A stretch of 64,000 nucleotides of DNA from Eukaryota sp. TZLM1-RC. Its lineage: Eukaryota; Protista; Metamonada: BaSk clade. Of this stretch, positions 22,800-34,610 are shown piece by piece. The stretch covers positions 1,984,001 through 2,048,000 of the forward strand of contig JAUPSS010000003.1 of assembly GCA_040285825.1 (NCBI GenBank), written 5' to 3'. Both the position numbers and the translations under genes were made by a program. How positions within the stretch are numbered: position 1 is the first letter of the stretch; every line of letters starts with the position of its first letter. A model generated the notes under the pieces. The model had not been told where the DNA came from. It ran no database searches and worked only from the letters and a program-made list of their open reading frames with translations.

Positions 22800-25700
22800 T
22801 TACTAAAATGAAATCAGAACTAATGGGACTATATTCATTAAAGCAAAGATTTCCTCTAAACAATCCTGATCTGCCTTTTTCTTGCCTTTGCTTCCGTTAT
22901 TTGATAAAAGAACCGAGATAATCTATTAATTATAGCGAATTGAATTCGTGACCACCACATATAGACATCAAATCTCTTCATTGTTTTTTCTTGAACCAAC
23001 TTTAGGAAATCATTCAAAAACATTTCTGGTTCTACTGACACTTTTCCGTTTAGCAAATGGACAAGCAATAAAAAACAAGTGATCTTTTTCTATCAGTATC
23101 AGCTTCTTCGATATCTCTGTCATATTTTCTATGTTTTTCATGCGATTTGCATTCAAGAGATTTTACAGGATTAAGTAACCTTTTTTAAATAACAGTGCCA
23201 TCTGCAACATTACAGGAAACCACATTTTGTATCAATAATGAGAGGAGTTTGAAAGCGTACTGTTGCATATAAGTATTTTTAAAAAAATGGAAACGTTTGA
23301 TATTCACAATTAATTGAGTTCGACAATTAAGCAGTGACTTTTCAGTGAATTGCAGATTCAAGTTCAAGGCTACCAATTCAAAACCGGACTGTGGAACTGT
23401 TGGTACAATGAATTTCATCCGAAAAGTTATAGGATGGTATTTTTGAGTGCTGATGACATTAAAAAGATTATTCGGAATATATATTTAGGCATATTTATGA
23501 AAATCAACACCACCAAAATTTGTACCACAAAAAATGTGGCTTCGTAACTGAGATGCATCAATTTCCAATAATTTCGCTAAAAAATTGGTTCTTTGTTCAT
23601 TAAAAATTCGACAAAACTCCAAAGAAATTGATGGTGATGTTGATCTCAAAATATGAGTAAATTTTCCAGAATAACAAATTTTTAGGAAAAAGAATTTCAA
23701 ATGTTTCTCAATATTTAAATTTGCTATTGACTCTAATTCATTTCCAAATTGAGTCAACAGAGTCGAAAGTTGGCCTTTGACTTCTTCAATATTTCCGAGA
23801 TAACAACCCAAAAAACGAAAACCAGACTGATCATAATTGATAAAGGGGACATTGACATCATTAATGAAAAAATCAATTGGTTCATGGCCAATAATCAAAC
23901 ATTTGGAGATATTCAATGAGAGACCAATATCTTCATAACGCTGTTAATAACAGTTGCTATTTGTTTGAGAATTGTAATAGGAGCAATTACAGAAATGTCA
24001 TCCATATATGCTACAATATCTATTTCTGGGAATTTTTCTTTTAATTCGCACATTAATGGATGAATTGCCAGACAAAAGAAAAAAGGACCAAGTGGATCGC
24101 CTTGTTTAACACCTGAAGAAGAAAGCAGGTCAAAGTTTTCGTAGACCAATGTTGATGATTTTCCATAAAATGAATAGAAAAAAGGCTCAACTTCAGGAAA
24201 ATGCTTTCGCAGCAAAGGCAAAATGGAAGAACGAGATACAGAATTAAAAGCATTCTTAAAATCTAGATTGAAGATGTAATTAGAATCACTAGAATTAAAA
24301 AACACATCAGACGAAAGAGCAGCAGATGAAGCACCATCAATTGTCTTGATTCCAAATTGAAATGGACTGAAAAATTCTTTGGCTTTTTTCCCAATTCTAT
24401 TGAAAACAAGAGACGCAAGAATTCTTGAAAACGATTCTCCAATTGCAATTGGACGGATTTTGGATTGACTTTTTTTTGAGGGCAATTAAGCGAGCACTGG
24501 TCATCTCAAAAGGGACTTTAATTTTTAACGTAAGAAGATTGTTAAAAAAAAGAACAAGATCATCAGCAATTTCAGGACACTGTCCAACAGCTGATTTGAT
24601 CATGTAATTTAAGTATTTGGGAACACTTCTGTACAAAGCAAAAATGATACGATTCTCCCACAAATTTCCTGTAAAATTCTTACCACTTGAACACATCAAT
24701 TATCAAAATCATTGAGAAAATTCAAGGCAGACTGACCAATGTTGCCAAAAATCGAGAAGGCAAAAGGAACAAACGAAAAGTTCGAGTAAAGGTTCTTATT
24801 TGAATCATTGAATAACTCAGCATATTGGTCTCGTTTACGAACCTCAGCCTTGTTCAAGTGACCATTAGAACTATCTAAAACATCATCACGATAAATTAAA
24901 GCAAAGGAATCAACTGTAGTATAATCAACAACAACTTGAGAGGAATCCACAAAAGGAGCAATTAGAGCACCTCGACGTGAATTAAACAGATTATTATCGC
25001 TATAATGCTTCAACAACGGTTCTACTTTGCAACTAAAATTGTAACACTTAAACATCTCATATGTCACATCACGAACGGCATTATGAAGAACTGACCGATA
25101 TTGAAAAATTTCTTACAACTTACAGTATAACGGATACTGACAGATACTGATTTTTTATCTCAATAAATATTCCAGTTAAAAAAATGATACTGACAGTCAA
25201 TTTTTCGTTACAAATACAAACAGAATTATCCAAAAGACCACTTGGATACAGCCCTAAGCTCAAACGCATGTTTTGCTTCCAAGCTTCATTTGTTAAGTAA
25301 AGACCAAATGGCCTTTGTTGCTGAGTTATTAAACTAGTGCAATTTTGGATGTCTGATAAAAAAGGCAGCAAAGACGGGATTATTGATCTTAGTCACACTA
25401 AGTCGTTTAGAGAAATCCAGGTCTTCAAAACCAATTAAAACAGACTTCTGTTATTTCACAACAGCAAGATGAAGATTAGTTAAAGATCTCGAAGGTACAG
25501 AGGGCAAACATGAAGGAAAACACTTACTCCACACATCAATAGGTAGTTCATGCACCATGTTTTCGAGTTAAATTAATAAAGGATGTGATTCATTCAAAGG
25601 AATTTGATCAAACCGGAATTTCCACTCAAAAAGAAAATTTTTCATACCGCCAATGAAAACACTTTTGCAAAAATACTCTGCTTTTGAAGAACCAACTCCA

Positions 25701-25850
25701 GCAAATTTAGGACTATAAAAAGCATAATAAGGAATATTTGACGGACAAACTTCCCCTAAATCCCCTAAAAAATTGGTTCTCAGTGCATTAAATTGACGTG
25801 CAAAATTATGTGAAATTGTAAGAGATTAAGAACGAAGAAGAACAAGTAAA
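22800..25850 (-). mobile_element. CRE fragments: divergent B (22800-23230), family C RT (23490-24600), family H C-terminal half (24600-25850)
   Basis: RPIAIGE, FQFGIKTIDG, LDFKNAFNS, QGDPLGP, VAYMDD; H: KVEPLL..VVDYT..KRDQY..PFAFS.FG. Confidence 0.88.
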
Positions 25851-26299
25851 CAAAGTTAAATCTGTGATGATGTGATATTTTCCGGATAAAGAAAGAGACG
25901 TTTAGCTATGTATTGGTATAGAGTTTCAGCACACCAAACAATTACGGTCATTACCATTATATGAACAAAGATGCAACACTTTGCTGTAAGTGAAGTAATG
26001 GTTTGATAACTGCAATCATTACTTATCGTTGAAGTAGAAACTAACACCATACTAATCACCACCAATCCTGATACACCTTATACCTCAACTTCAAAAAGAT
26101 TGTTTGACATCGAATTATCAGCAAGTGCATTGTTCAATAGCTCACCATGGATGTCAATTTGTAATTCATTTGTTGGCGCCCAAGGTATACATAGAATGAA
26201 TAGAAAATAAATCAAATGTCTCTAATTTCATCAGACTTAAGGCAACAGTAATTGATGGCCATTTCTTAGTTTATGTATATTATAAATAACTTCACCACA

Positions 26300-28370
26300 C
26301 TTAACCAGCAAGAAATCTCAAACATGTCAGATATTTCAGGAAAAGATATCTCTGACCTTACTTCCTCACTTTCAATGCAGCACCAAGATACATCAAAACA
26401 ACACACATACATACACTCTACATAAAGGACAAACATGCAACCGACCCGGTTCCTACCTCCTATTTTCCAAAAAAAAGATGAAAAAGTGGACGAAGTCTCT
26501 CCATCTTCTAAATTGCAAGACAAGGAAACAAGTTCGGATCCGGCTCCCACCTCCCCTTCTGTCTTAGTCAAAAAAAGAGGCAACGACAACGGACCAGGCT
26601 CCCTCTCCCCTCAATAAAGAAGTTTTGTCGACAGAGGCAACGAGAACGGAGCCAGTTCTTTTTACCCATCCAAAATTAGAATTTAATGATAGGAAGACGG
26701 ATGAAAATCCCACCTAAATTAAAAAGCATGTCGATCCATTTAGGAGAATATGATGAATTTCATGCTCAACTAGATAATATGGAAGGAGAAACGACTCAAA
26801 AGAAGGGTGCTATAGGCTTTGGAAGGGGACGCAAAGGCTCACCTCTAACCAACAAACTTTTGTTTATTCGAGCAGCTCCCTCCTCTATGGAGTTCAACGT
26901 CTAAAGGTGGCAAAAGCGTTCGTTTTTTTAGACCCTCATATTTGTTGGGGAAACCCAAAGTGTGTCAGAAATTTTTCCAAACGAACGAAATGAGCCCATC
27001 AAAGCTTTAAACAATTCAAGTATGGAGACTTACGGACGTAGTGCAGAAAGTCCAGACTCTTCGTAATGGACAAACGGATCAATGAGATCATGGCCACTCC
27101 AATCAAAAATTGAATGAATTGGAAGGCCTCTCCATTAGATCACTTTGACAAAACAATCAGGGTATTTTCTATTGAACAGAGGAGTAACACTGGCTTTGAG
27201 GACATTCTACTATCCGAATTACTTGCCTGGTTTGATACCATATACGAAACTACCATTCATAGTTATACGGAGCTGACGGCAGGAGGGTTATTCCCTTGGG
27301 ATTAACCGCGATGAGGACTTATTCAAGAAAAATAAACCCATCAACTCAAACTTCAGCAGGACAAGCAAGGCGTTTAGGTGGAAAGTTTAAAGGAGCTCCT
27401 CAACACAAATACAACCCTGAAATACATGAACCAGCAGGCTCTAAATTCTGTACATTCTGTAACAATGAAGGCAACAACTCCATCAGCCACAATGTGACTG
27501 ACAGCAAAGATCCTCGATGCACCAGAAGTAAAGTTCCCAAGGAAGAAAGATTTTAACTTAGGAAAATCAGACGAGCCTGCTAGTAAAAACAGCGTCAAAA
27601 AAAACCGAGATCGCCAAGGTAGACGTGTTAATAGGTTTAGATATAGAGGCCGTGAAGCCGTTTTAGAGGCCAAAGAGGCAGAGGACAATATAGACCTGTA
27701 CATAACATCAATACATCAGAGGGCATATCATCACATGCATCCCCTACTAAGACCAAACGTCTAGTTCGAGCACGGTTTTTCACAGAGGGATCAATAACGG
27801 CAACAAGAATAGCTACCGAGTGCAACTGGTATTCTGTTGCTCAACGTAGGAATCATTGCGTAACAAGTCCATTACAGACATACTCTTCCCATAATCCTGA
27901 GATCAAACAAAACATTAATTGGGACAGACATGTTGTAAGCACTTGGGTTTCAGAGTCTGAAACCCAAGTGGTAAAATTCAGACGGATGATGGTCTTCTCA
28001 TTATATTAGACAAAGAACACCGCACTCTGTAAAAAGCAGAATCGGAATTTGACACAAGAACCGCTCAACATTCGATTGGGAACCTAGGTAACCAATCATT
28101 GAGTCCCTCTGATTTTGTGCAGCACTAAACAACATCTGGATGTGAAATCAAATTTGATGATCTTAATAACAAAATAAGATAAATGAGTTTATCAACGATG
28201 CTGAAAAACACGTTATAGAGAAAACCCTCTCCAAAATTAACTCTGACTCAGGTAGTTTTTGTACTGTTCAACGGTTTAACGGTGAGACAACAGAAGAGTC
28301 TTTCCATTCGGTTAAACATTCAGAAGCTGTTCAGTAAGTACAATAAGAAAATTGGAAAACGTACCATTAG
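26300..28370 (+). pseudogene. Degenerate LTR-retroelement gag/protease-like relic
   Basis: Broken ORFs with a C-x2-C..H..C-like motif (FCTFCNNEG..SH) and a protease-like LIGTDML..LG near 27915; no clear LTRs. Confidence 0.4.
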
Positions 28371-28372
28371 GC

Positions 28373-29555
28373 TGTTTTTTTCCACTACAGTGACCAAAGG
28401 AAAAGCTTTCTTAAATTACAAATACTAAACTTAAACTATCCCCACGTCATTATACGTGATTTGATGTTATCCAACATCTAACACTACCCCTTCTTCACTC
28501 TTCTTCTTCAGTGATGGGAAAATCCTTGTTAATGGATTGAGTACAAGTTCGAACGGCTCTTCCTCTGAAAAATCACTATCATGAACATTCAGCACGTCTC
28601 CAAGGCATGAGTCAGAACAGTTATTTTTATCTGCTCAGAGCACAAAGTACAGTGTTCACCTGTTCTAGTTCTCTAATACTATGAACATGAGCGGATCTTT
28701 TGACATCAAAAGTTTGGGCATTACCATTGCAAAGAGGACAATTAACAGCAATATGACCAGGCTTATGGCATCTGTAACAAGTTTTGACAGCAATATCTGT
28801 ATCTCTGACGGCAGAACGAGTATTTGTATTAGGTTCTGGATCCTGACCAGATTTTAGATCTGTCATGGTCAACAATTTCGTCAATAGCAACTTTCACAAG
28901 GGTTTTGAAATCAAGTAACAATTGGTCATTAATACCGGACACAAGAATTTCAGCAAGACCCTTAGAAGCAATACCAGGGGGAAATAGTTTCATAAAAACA
29001 TTATTTGGAATGGTGAAACAGTCAGCCTTTTCCTTTACCTTCAGAAAGTTTCTGAGGTAATCATTCATTCTTTCTCCAACACTAGGGATCTTCACATTCA
29101 TTTCAACCGAGAGACCGTCTCGTTGAAAGCTTCCTAGGAGGAAAAATTGTTTAGCAATTTCAAATAGTTGAGCAACACACTATCAGAAGTTTTCACCTTA
29201 GGTTCATGCAACTCTAAGGACTTCAAAATAAAGGAATCTACGAAGAGCCTTAAGGAAACAATTTTGGTGCTATCAGTGACAGACTGATACACTTCAAATT
29301 CGCTCAAAACAGTCATACATCTTTTTCGGACAGCGAGGTCAAATAAGGACGGTCGACAGGACGCATCGCACGGCTTTACCAAAGGCAGGTACAAGAACAG
29401 TGACGGATCTGGAACAGGGACAGGGACAGGGACAATAACGTTATTGTTGGTTTCCACTGCAATAACCAAAGGAAAAGGTTTATTCAATTACAAATACTAA
29501 ACTTAAACTATCGCCACGTCATCACACGTGATTTGATGTTATCCAACATCTGACA
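28373..29555 (-). mobile_element. Mini LTR retroelement family L1, second copy, with zinc knuckle
   Basis: 111-bp LTRs 29445-29555 and 28373-28483, polypurine tract, gag-like remnants and CYRCHKPGHIAVNC; TSD not preserved. Confidence 0.9.
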
Positions 29556-30439
29556 AGTGGACGAACAGGTACCTCCAATGAGTCTACAGTCCCTAAGTGG
29601 CTTGGACATAACAATAGAATTAGGAAGCGAAGCTAATTCTTAGTATTAAATAGTTATTTAGTTATTGCTTCACAGTTTTAGTATCATCTTCATATATGCT
29701 GATTTATGTTGAAAAAGGTAAAAGTAGTGTTGGCGCCCCAAGGTTTATATAATGTGAATAGAAAATAAATCAACTTTCTCTAATACCATAAGACTAAAGG
29801 CAAGACATTGTTGTTACAAGTGGTTGTGATTTCACTGTTTTTTTGTTGCCAAACATGAAAGAAAGCAATTGAAGTTGAAAACGCATCAGCAAACAAAAAA
29901 ATTAGTAAAATAAAATAAAACATTTTGTTGTGAGACTGATTCTAATTTATTGTATGCAAAAATACCAATGTCCATATTAAAAGCAAGGTGTCTAATGAAT
30001 ATTGGTTCACGTCTTTTTTTATTACATTGGATTGGTTTGGCGTTCTTTTAAAATTTTGTCCTTTTTGCAAGCAACGAACTGCTAGGATTTGTGTTAAATG
30101 TATTGGTAAAATAGAATTGGTGTTTGACTAATTAAAACAACTATGAATTACATTTCTGTTTTATCAATTTTTTTGCTCATTTTTCAAATTCTCTAATAAT
30201 AAACTGTATGTTCTCAAGAGACAGGGTTTAAGGATGTAAAAATTAACTAATTTATAATGTATGAAATTTGTTGATCCATTATTTAAAAATACTATCTGTT
30301 CATATCGATTTCGATGGAAACAAAACATCCAAATGCTGACAATAAGTAAACTTAAATAAATTTTATTCAAAACTAATTGAATTTTTCAACGTTAAATTCA
30401 ACAATATATACATTTCAAAACAAAAGACTATTTGACTCA

Positions 30440-31981
30440 CTACTCTATCAGTTTATCCATAAAATTCAGAAACCTTCTAGCATAATGTTCAGGTGCAACA
30501 GCAGAAATTGCATCAGATTTGTTAAATAAACTTTTAGCCGAACTTTCAAGTCGTTTTCTAGTATTATATTTTTGCAAGATATCAATTATTCCAAAGAAAT
30601 AAATTTCATTTCCTCGTTCTAATTCAGGTTCAGGGCCCTCTTTCCTTGTATCTTCTAGTTTTGTACATTGGTCCCTTATGTTGAAGAGTCCATGGAGAGG
30701 ATTGAAACTCTCACCAAGAGCAATGTCAGAAGAACGGGAAGAGACGTCAGGATCACTGTCAGAGCCCTCAAAACTAGGTCTATCTGTGTGAATGGGTGGA
30801 GAAATGAAAATTGGCTGAACCCAAGAATCTACAGAAGCTCTTGAAGTTGCAGAATTATGTGATCCAATGCTAAACTTTCGCTCTACCTCTGGGGTTAGTG
30901 GAAGTGTTCTTGTTGGAGGAGGACGACCAACAACAGTCTTGCGACGTTGGCTGATAGGAATGGAGTACCGAGAACCAGCATGGGGGAAATCTGAAGTTGA
31001 AGCAAAACCACCCTCTTCAAGCTGGAACATTGAAAGTGTAAGCCCTTTTGGACCAACAAAAGCAGGTGCTCTTGGACCCTGACACAGATAAGCTTTGGTA
31101 AGGTAAGGATGTTCATGATCTAGGTCAATACTCACATCACTTTCATCCAAGCCCCCCTCATAGGAGTTACATAGTGGAGACATGGGTTCAGGTGTAGAAA
31201 CGTCTGTATGATGTATTCCTAGTAGTAGAGAATAGTCCATTATGTTTACAGATGATAAAAACCCAACATCAGCTATTAATTGCTGAAAAAGTGCTTTTTT
31301 CTTTATACTTCCCAATTTGACACAATTAAACCCTCTTCTACGTAATAAATCATTATCTTTCCAAGTAACTTTTGGGCTCTTCCTCTTTTCTGGGGAAACT
31401 TCACGGCCCAAAGTAGAGCCTTTCAAATCATACTCCTCATGAATTTTGAGTTCGGAATCAAACACATTACGCATCACCACCAAGTGAGTCTTATGACCAT
31501 TACGTTCTATCCGATAATGCCCAAGAAACCAAGTAAGTAGGGAATGTGGATTAGCCATCATGTGCTGATAATAAGAAAACAAAATCTTTCGGAGAAAAAG
31601 TGACTCGGAATGAGACATTGTTTTGATAACATAGAAAGAATCTGCCGAAAAGAAGAACATTGAACCAGATTTTCCAGATGTGGGAGTAATCATTAGAGAA
31701 TCAGTAGAGCAAAGAGAATGCTTAAAAGCCTCGTCAGTGATACCAAAGCGTTGCCTTATTGATTGAAACACCAGAGGAGAGTATTCTTTGAAAAGATATC
31801 GAGCATTGTCACAAGGAAGGTTTATCTTGGTGGTTTCGCTAAAATCTTTCCAATGAATAGGTCGGGGTCTATTGGTGTGACGTAGTTTGTTGAGGATAGA
31901 AGAGATTCCAAGCATTATATATTGCCCGACTTCCCGATTCTCCTGGGATGTAGGAGATGACGGAGAGTCATTGGGGGACAT
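30440..31981 (-). CDS. Phosphatidylinositol phosphate kinase (PIP5K family), 513 aa
   Basis: Intact ORF with IMLGI, GKSGS, IKT, DLKGS, MDYSLL, GIIDIL motifs. Confidence 0.95.
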   Translation of the reverse strand: MSPNDSPSSPTSQENREVGQYIMLGISSILNKLRHTNRPRPIHWKDFSETTKINLPCDNARYLFKEYSPLVFQSIRQRFGITDEAFKHSLCSTDSLMITPTSGKSGSMFFFSADSFYVIKTMSHSESLFLRKILFSYYQHMMANPHSLLTWFLGHYRIERNGHKTHLVVMRNVFDSELKIHEEYDLKGSTLGREVSPEKRKSPKVTWKDNDLLRRRGFNCVKLGSIKKKALFQQLIADVGFLSSVNIMDYSLLLGIHHTDVSTPEPMSPLCNSYEGGLDESDVSIDLDHEHPYLTKAYLCQGPRAPAFVGPKGLTLSMFQLEEGGFASTSDFPHAGSRYSIPISQRRKTVVGRPPPTRTLPLTPEVERKFSIGSHNSATSRASVDSWVQPIFISPPIHTDRPSFEGSDSDPDVSSRSSDIALGESFNPLHGLFNIRDQCTKLEDTRKEGPEPELERGNEIYFFGIIDILQKYNTRKRLESSAKSLFNKSDAISAVAPEHYARRFLNFMDKLIE

Positions 31982-32609
31982 AGTGTTGGCTTGTAAAGGA
32001 TGACTAAAAGGAGAAACAATTTGATTAAAACAAAATAATTGTTTTCATCTCAACTTTCTGGGAAAATGTTGAACCATTGTCTTCATCTTGTCTTTTTGAC
32101 AGCAAATGTTTGCCGAAAATTGACCTATTTGAGTTTCAATCAACTGTTGATGGATTCTGTTAATGCCCCTTATCGAACTTTGGACAAACTTGATAACAAA
32201 CTCAACTCTTGAAATTATTCAAAGAAGACAATGATGTGAATGTTGAAAAATTATAATAAAGTTTTAAACCCACAAAAAGTCTTTTATCTACTACACATTT
32301 CTTTGAATAGTAGGGAAATTTTAGTAACCAATCAACAATGAACTATCAGGGTGTTTGAATGAATAAGTTTTATCAAACAAATAGGCTCGCCCTAGTAGGC
32401 TTTGTTTTATGTTGTTTGTCGAAATTTAGACTTATTCAAGTTGGTGTGATCTGCTGATAACATTTGTCAAAAGAAAATGATCGAACGATGCCTGATGTAT
32501 CTGAACTATTGTCTCCAGTGTGTTTATAATGTCAATAAGGTTAATTAAAGCACAGTTATGCTACATTGTATTCAGTCGTTCAAATTATCAGTCGTTCAAA
32601 TTTATAGGT

Positions 32610-32880
32610 TACTGTGAATTTCACTTATCATGCATTCCCCTGTGAAATTCACTCCTGTTTTCAACTCCCTCAATGTCTACTCACAGGCTGTAAGAGACAT
32701 GTAGCATCATTTGACAAAGACAATCATGATCTTCATCAATGGGCTACCTCACTTAAATACACCTACTGCTTTCACAGAACAAAGCCTCGCGACTTGATGT
32801 ATCTAAGTGGATCTACCAAATGCTACTAGGGCATTTGTAGATCGGTCTCAAAAGTTTTTGTTTCTGTATGCTCAGGTTCC
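32610..32880 (-). ncRNA. Candidate Fanzor omega-RNA scaffold
   Basis: Immediately 3' of the Fanzor stop; helices at 32810-32843, 32750-32809 (three-way junction with GCGA and GAAA tetraloops), 32701-32747, 32673-32700, 32614-32652; G-U pairs form only on the minus strand. Confidence 0.6.
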
Positions 32881-32884
32881 CCAT

Positions 32885-34414
32885 TCATCTTCTCAACAGA
32901 GCATCTGGGCAAATGTATCTTTCCGGCCACAATTCCGCTTTCTTCTTAATTTGAATATTTTTTGCAGCGGAAATATCTCTGTCATATACTATTTGACACT
33001 CAGTACAAATACGCATCTGCCATGAGCCTGCTTGAATATTTTCGGCCATGCAACAACTTGACATTTTGCTTGTATTAAATTCACTGGTTGACAAGTGCTT
33101 CACGTCCTTTTGATAACACAACCATTTTCTGAAAGCCCTTGCTGATCCATATCGATTGACTTTTCGGCAATGAGAAGGGAAATTAGCAGAACCCACAGCA
33201 AGATAGAGTTTTTCAGGATGTCCAGCCAGCCTTTGAAATTTGTTGAGAGTCTCTCTGAACCGTCTCTCTTTTCGTCTTCGGTTATCAAATTTAATTATTT
33301 TCCATTTCTGGCGATTACTTTCCAAATAAACTTTCCTCCTAACCAAATTCCAATGGTTCAAATATTGGTTGAAATTTTGAACGGAATATTGGTTGGGAGA
33401 GTGTTTACTGGGTGAAGGATTTGTCCTGTACCTCCTGCCAGTTGGACAAGGAATAACTCCACATTGATTATCATCTAAGAAGTAACCACATAATCTTGAT
33501 TGGCCCAGATCAACACCAATAAGGGGCCTTTCAGGTAAAATTTCGACTGGATGTCTACGTCTTCGACGGGGCATTTTTTTAGTGCCCTTCAACTGTGTTT
33601 CTCTGGTTTTGTTGGCATCAGGGTCACTTTTCATTTCATTTTTTGATCTTCTTTTCTTTTTCGGTGGTTCATCCAGCTCATCTGTGTTTTCTGAGTCATT
33701 ATTTTTACCTTCAAAGGTCAAAAGCAGTTCATTACCATTAGTTTTCAATAAAATTTTTTTAAATCTATTTTTCAAACTTTTTCTGTTGATATTAAATTTT
33801 TGGTAAGGACATTGTTTGAATACTCGTTTCAGACATGTATTTCTGATAAACTTTGTTTTGGAAGATAATCCTTCAATAATTGGAAATTTTTTCACAAAGT
33901 GGAAAATTTGTGAAGGTACCTCAATAAATTTAGAACCTTTATGAGAAGCTAAAGGTATTATTCTAAATTTCTTCCAGCAATGCATATGAGAAAAGAAAGT
34001 GAGTAAGTATTGTGAAATTTTAAGATTGAAGAGAAAAAGCTCACTAATTTCCTTTGATGAAAAAGTGATTTTATCATGTGAGGACAGTAGGGAGGCAGTG
34101 GTAGGAAATCTTTGCAGGAGATTCAAGATAAACCTACATGCATTCAATAAAAAAAATCTTTCTCTTGAATTATTCAAATTGAAATTGATGGTGATGACGG
34201 TCATAAACAGATACCATACATCCTGTTCCACTAAAGCTCTAGATGCCAACGGAAAATTTAGAAGAAAAGATTGAAGTAATAAAGAAGCTTCATGACAAAT
34301 CTCGGTGACCAAAGGAAGGTCAGTCCGAATTTGTTGCACCGCTGCAGGGGTCAGCAGCGAGTTAAGTGCACAAGACCGAGTGAATACACGTGACACAGAG
34401 TGGGTGTCTGTCAT
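32885..34414 (-). CDS. Fanzor1-like (eukaryotic TnpB) RNA-guided RuvC nuclease, 509 aa
   Basis: RuvC-I IGVDLG; LAVG with Gly at the canonical RuvC-II Glu and relocated Glu in SEFNTSK; zinc finger CC..C-x2-C; RuvC-III DRDISAAKNI; Fanzor1-like FRIIPL and KTNG motifs; basic NLS-like PPKKKRR and PRRRRR. Confidence 0.88.
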   Translation of the reverse strand: MTDTHSVSRVFTRSCALNSLLTPAAVQQIRTDLPLVTEICHEASLLLQSFLLNFPLASRALVEQDVWYLFMTVITINFNLNNSRERFFLLNACRFILNLLQRFPTTASLLSSHDKITFSSKEISELFLFNLKISQYLLTFFSHMHCWKKFRIIPLASHKGSKFIEVPSQIFHFVKKFPIIEGLSSKTKFIRNTCLKRVFKQCPYQKFNINRKSLKNRFKKILLKTNGNELLLTFEGKNNDSENTDELDEPPKKKRRSKNEMKSDPDANKTRETQLKGTKKMPRRRRRHPVEILPERPLIGVDLGQSRLCGYFLDDNQCGVIPCPTGRRYRTNPSPSKHSPNQYSVQNFNQYLNHWNLVRRKVYLESNRQKWKIIKFDNRRRKERRFRETLNKFQRLAGHPEKLYLAVGSANFPSHCRKVNRYGSARAFRKWLCYQKDVKHLSTSEFNTSKMSSCCMAENIQAGSWQMRICTECQIVYDRDISAAKNIQIKKKAELWPERYICPDALLRR

Positions 34415-34610
34415 GTAGTGAGAATAAAGAGCTCATCTATCAAATTTTACACTTGTCACCCCATTTTCGACTTCTGGTTGCCTGTTCTGGGAGGTTTTTA
34501 ACCCTCAACTTGGTTTTGGGAGGTTTTCACTATTCCCACACTTTCCCCTCACTTCATAAACTAGGTTCATAAACTAGGTATCCTTTGTAAAAGTTGCACT
34601 GGAGTAGTCA

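Noticed and set aside
10903-31981. Functional lipid-signalling/endocytosis gene cluster
   Set aside because: Only three distinct genes, one of uncertain family; no evidence beyond proximity
32420-32600. Group I intron (IStron-like) P7 from ACGACU/AGUCU on the minus strand, or RNase P RNA
   Set aside because: Only about 5 bp of P7-like pairing with no convincing core; RNase P conserved regions and topology do not fit. An Infernal search would settle it.
32574-32600. Fanzor guide targeting family B (11-nt AGTCGTTCAAA match near 1964)
   Set aside because: Too short in AT-rich DNA, and the guide boundary is unknown
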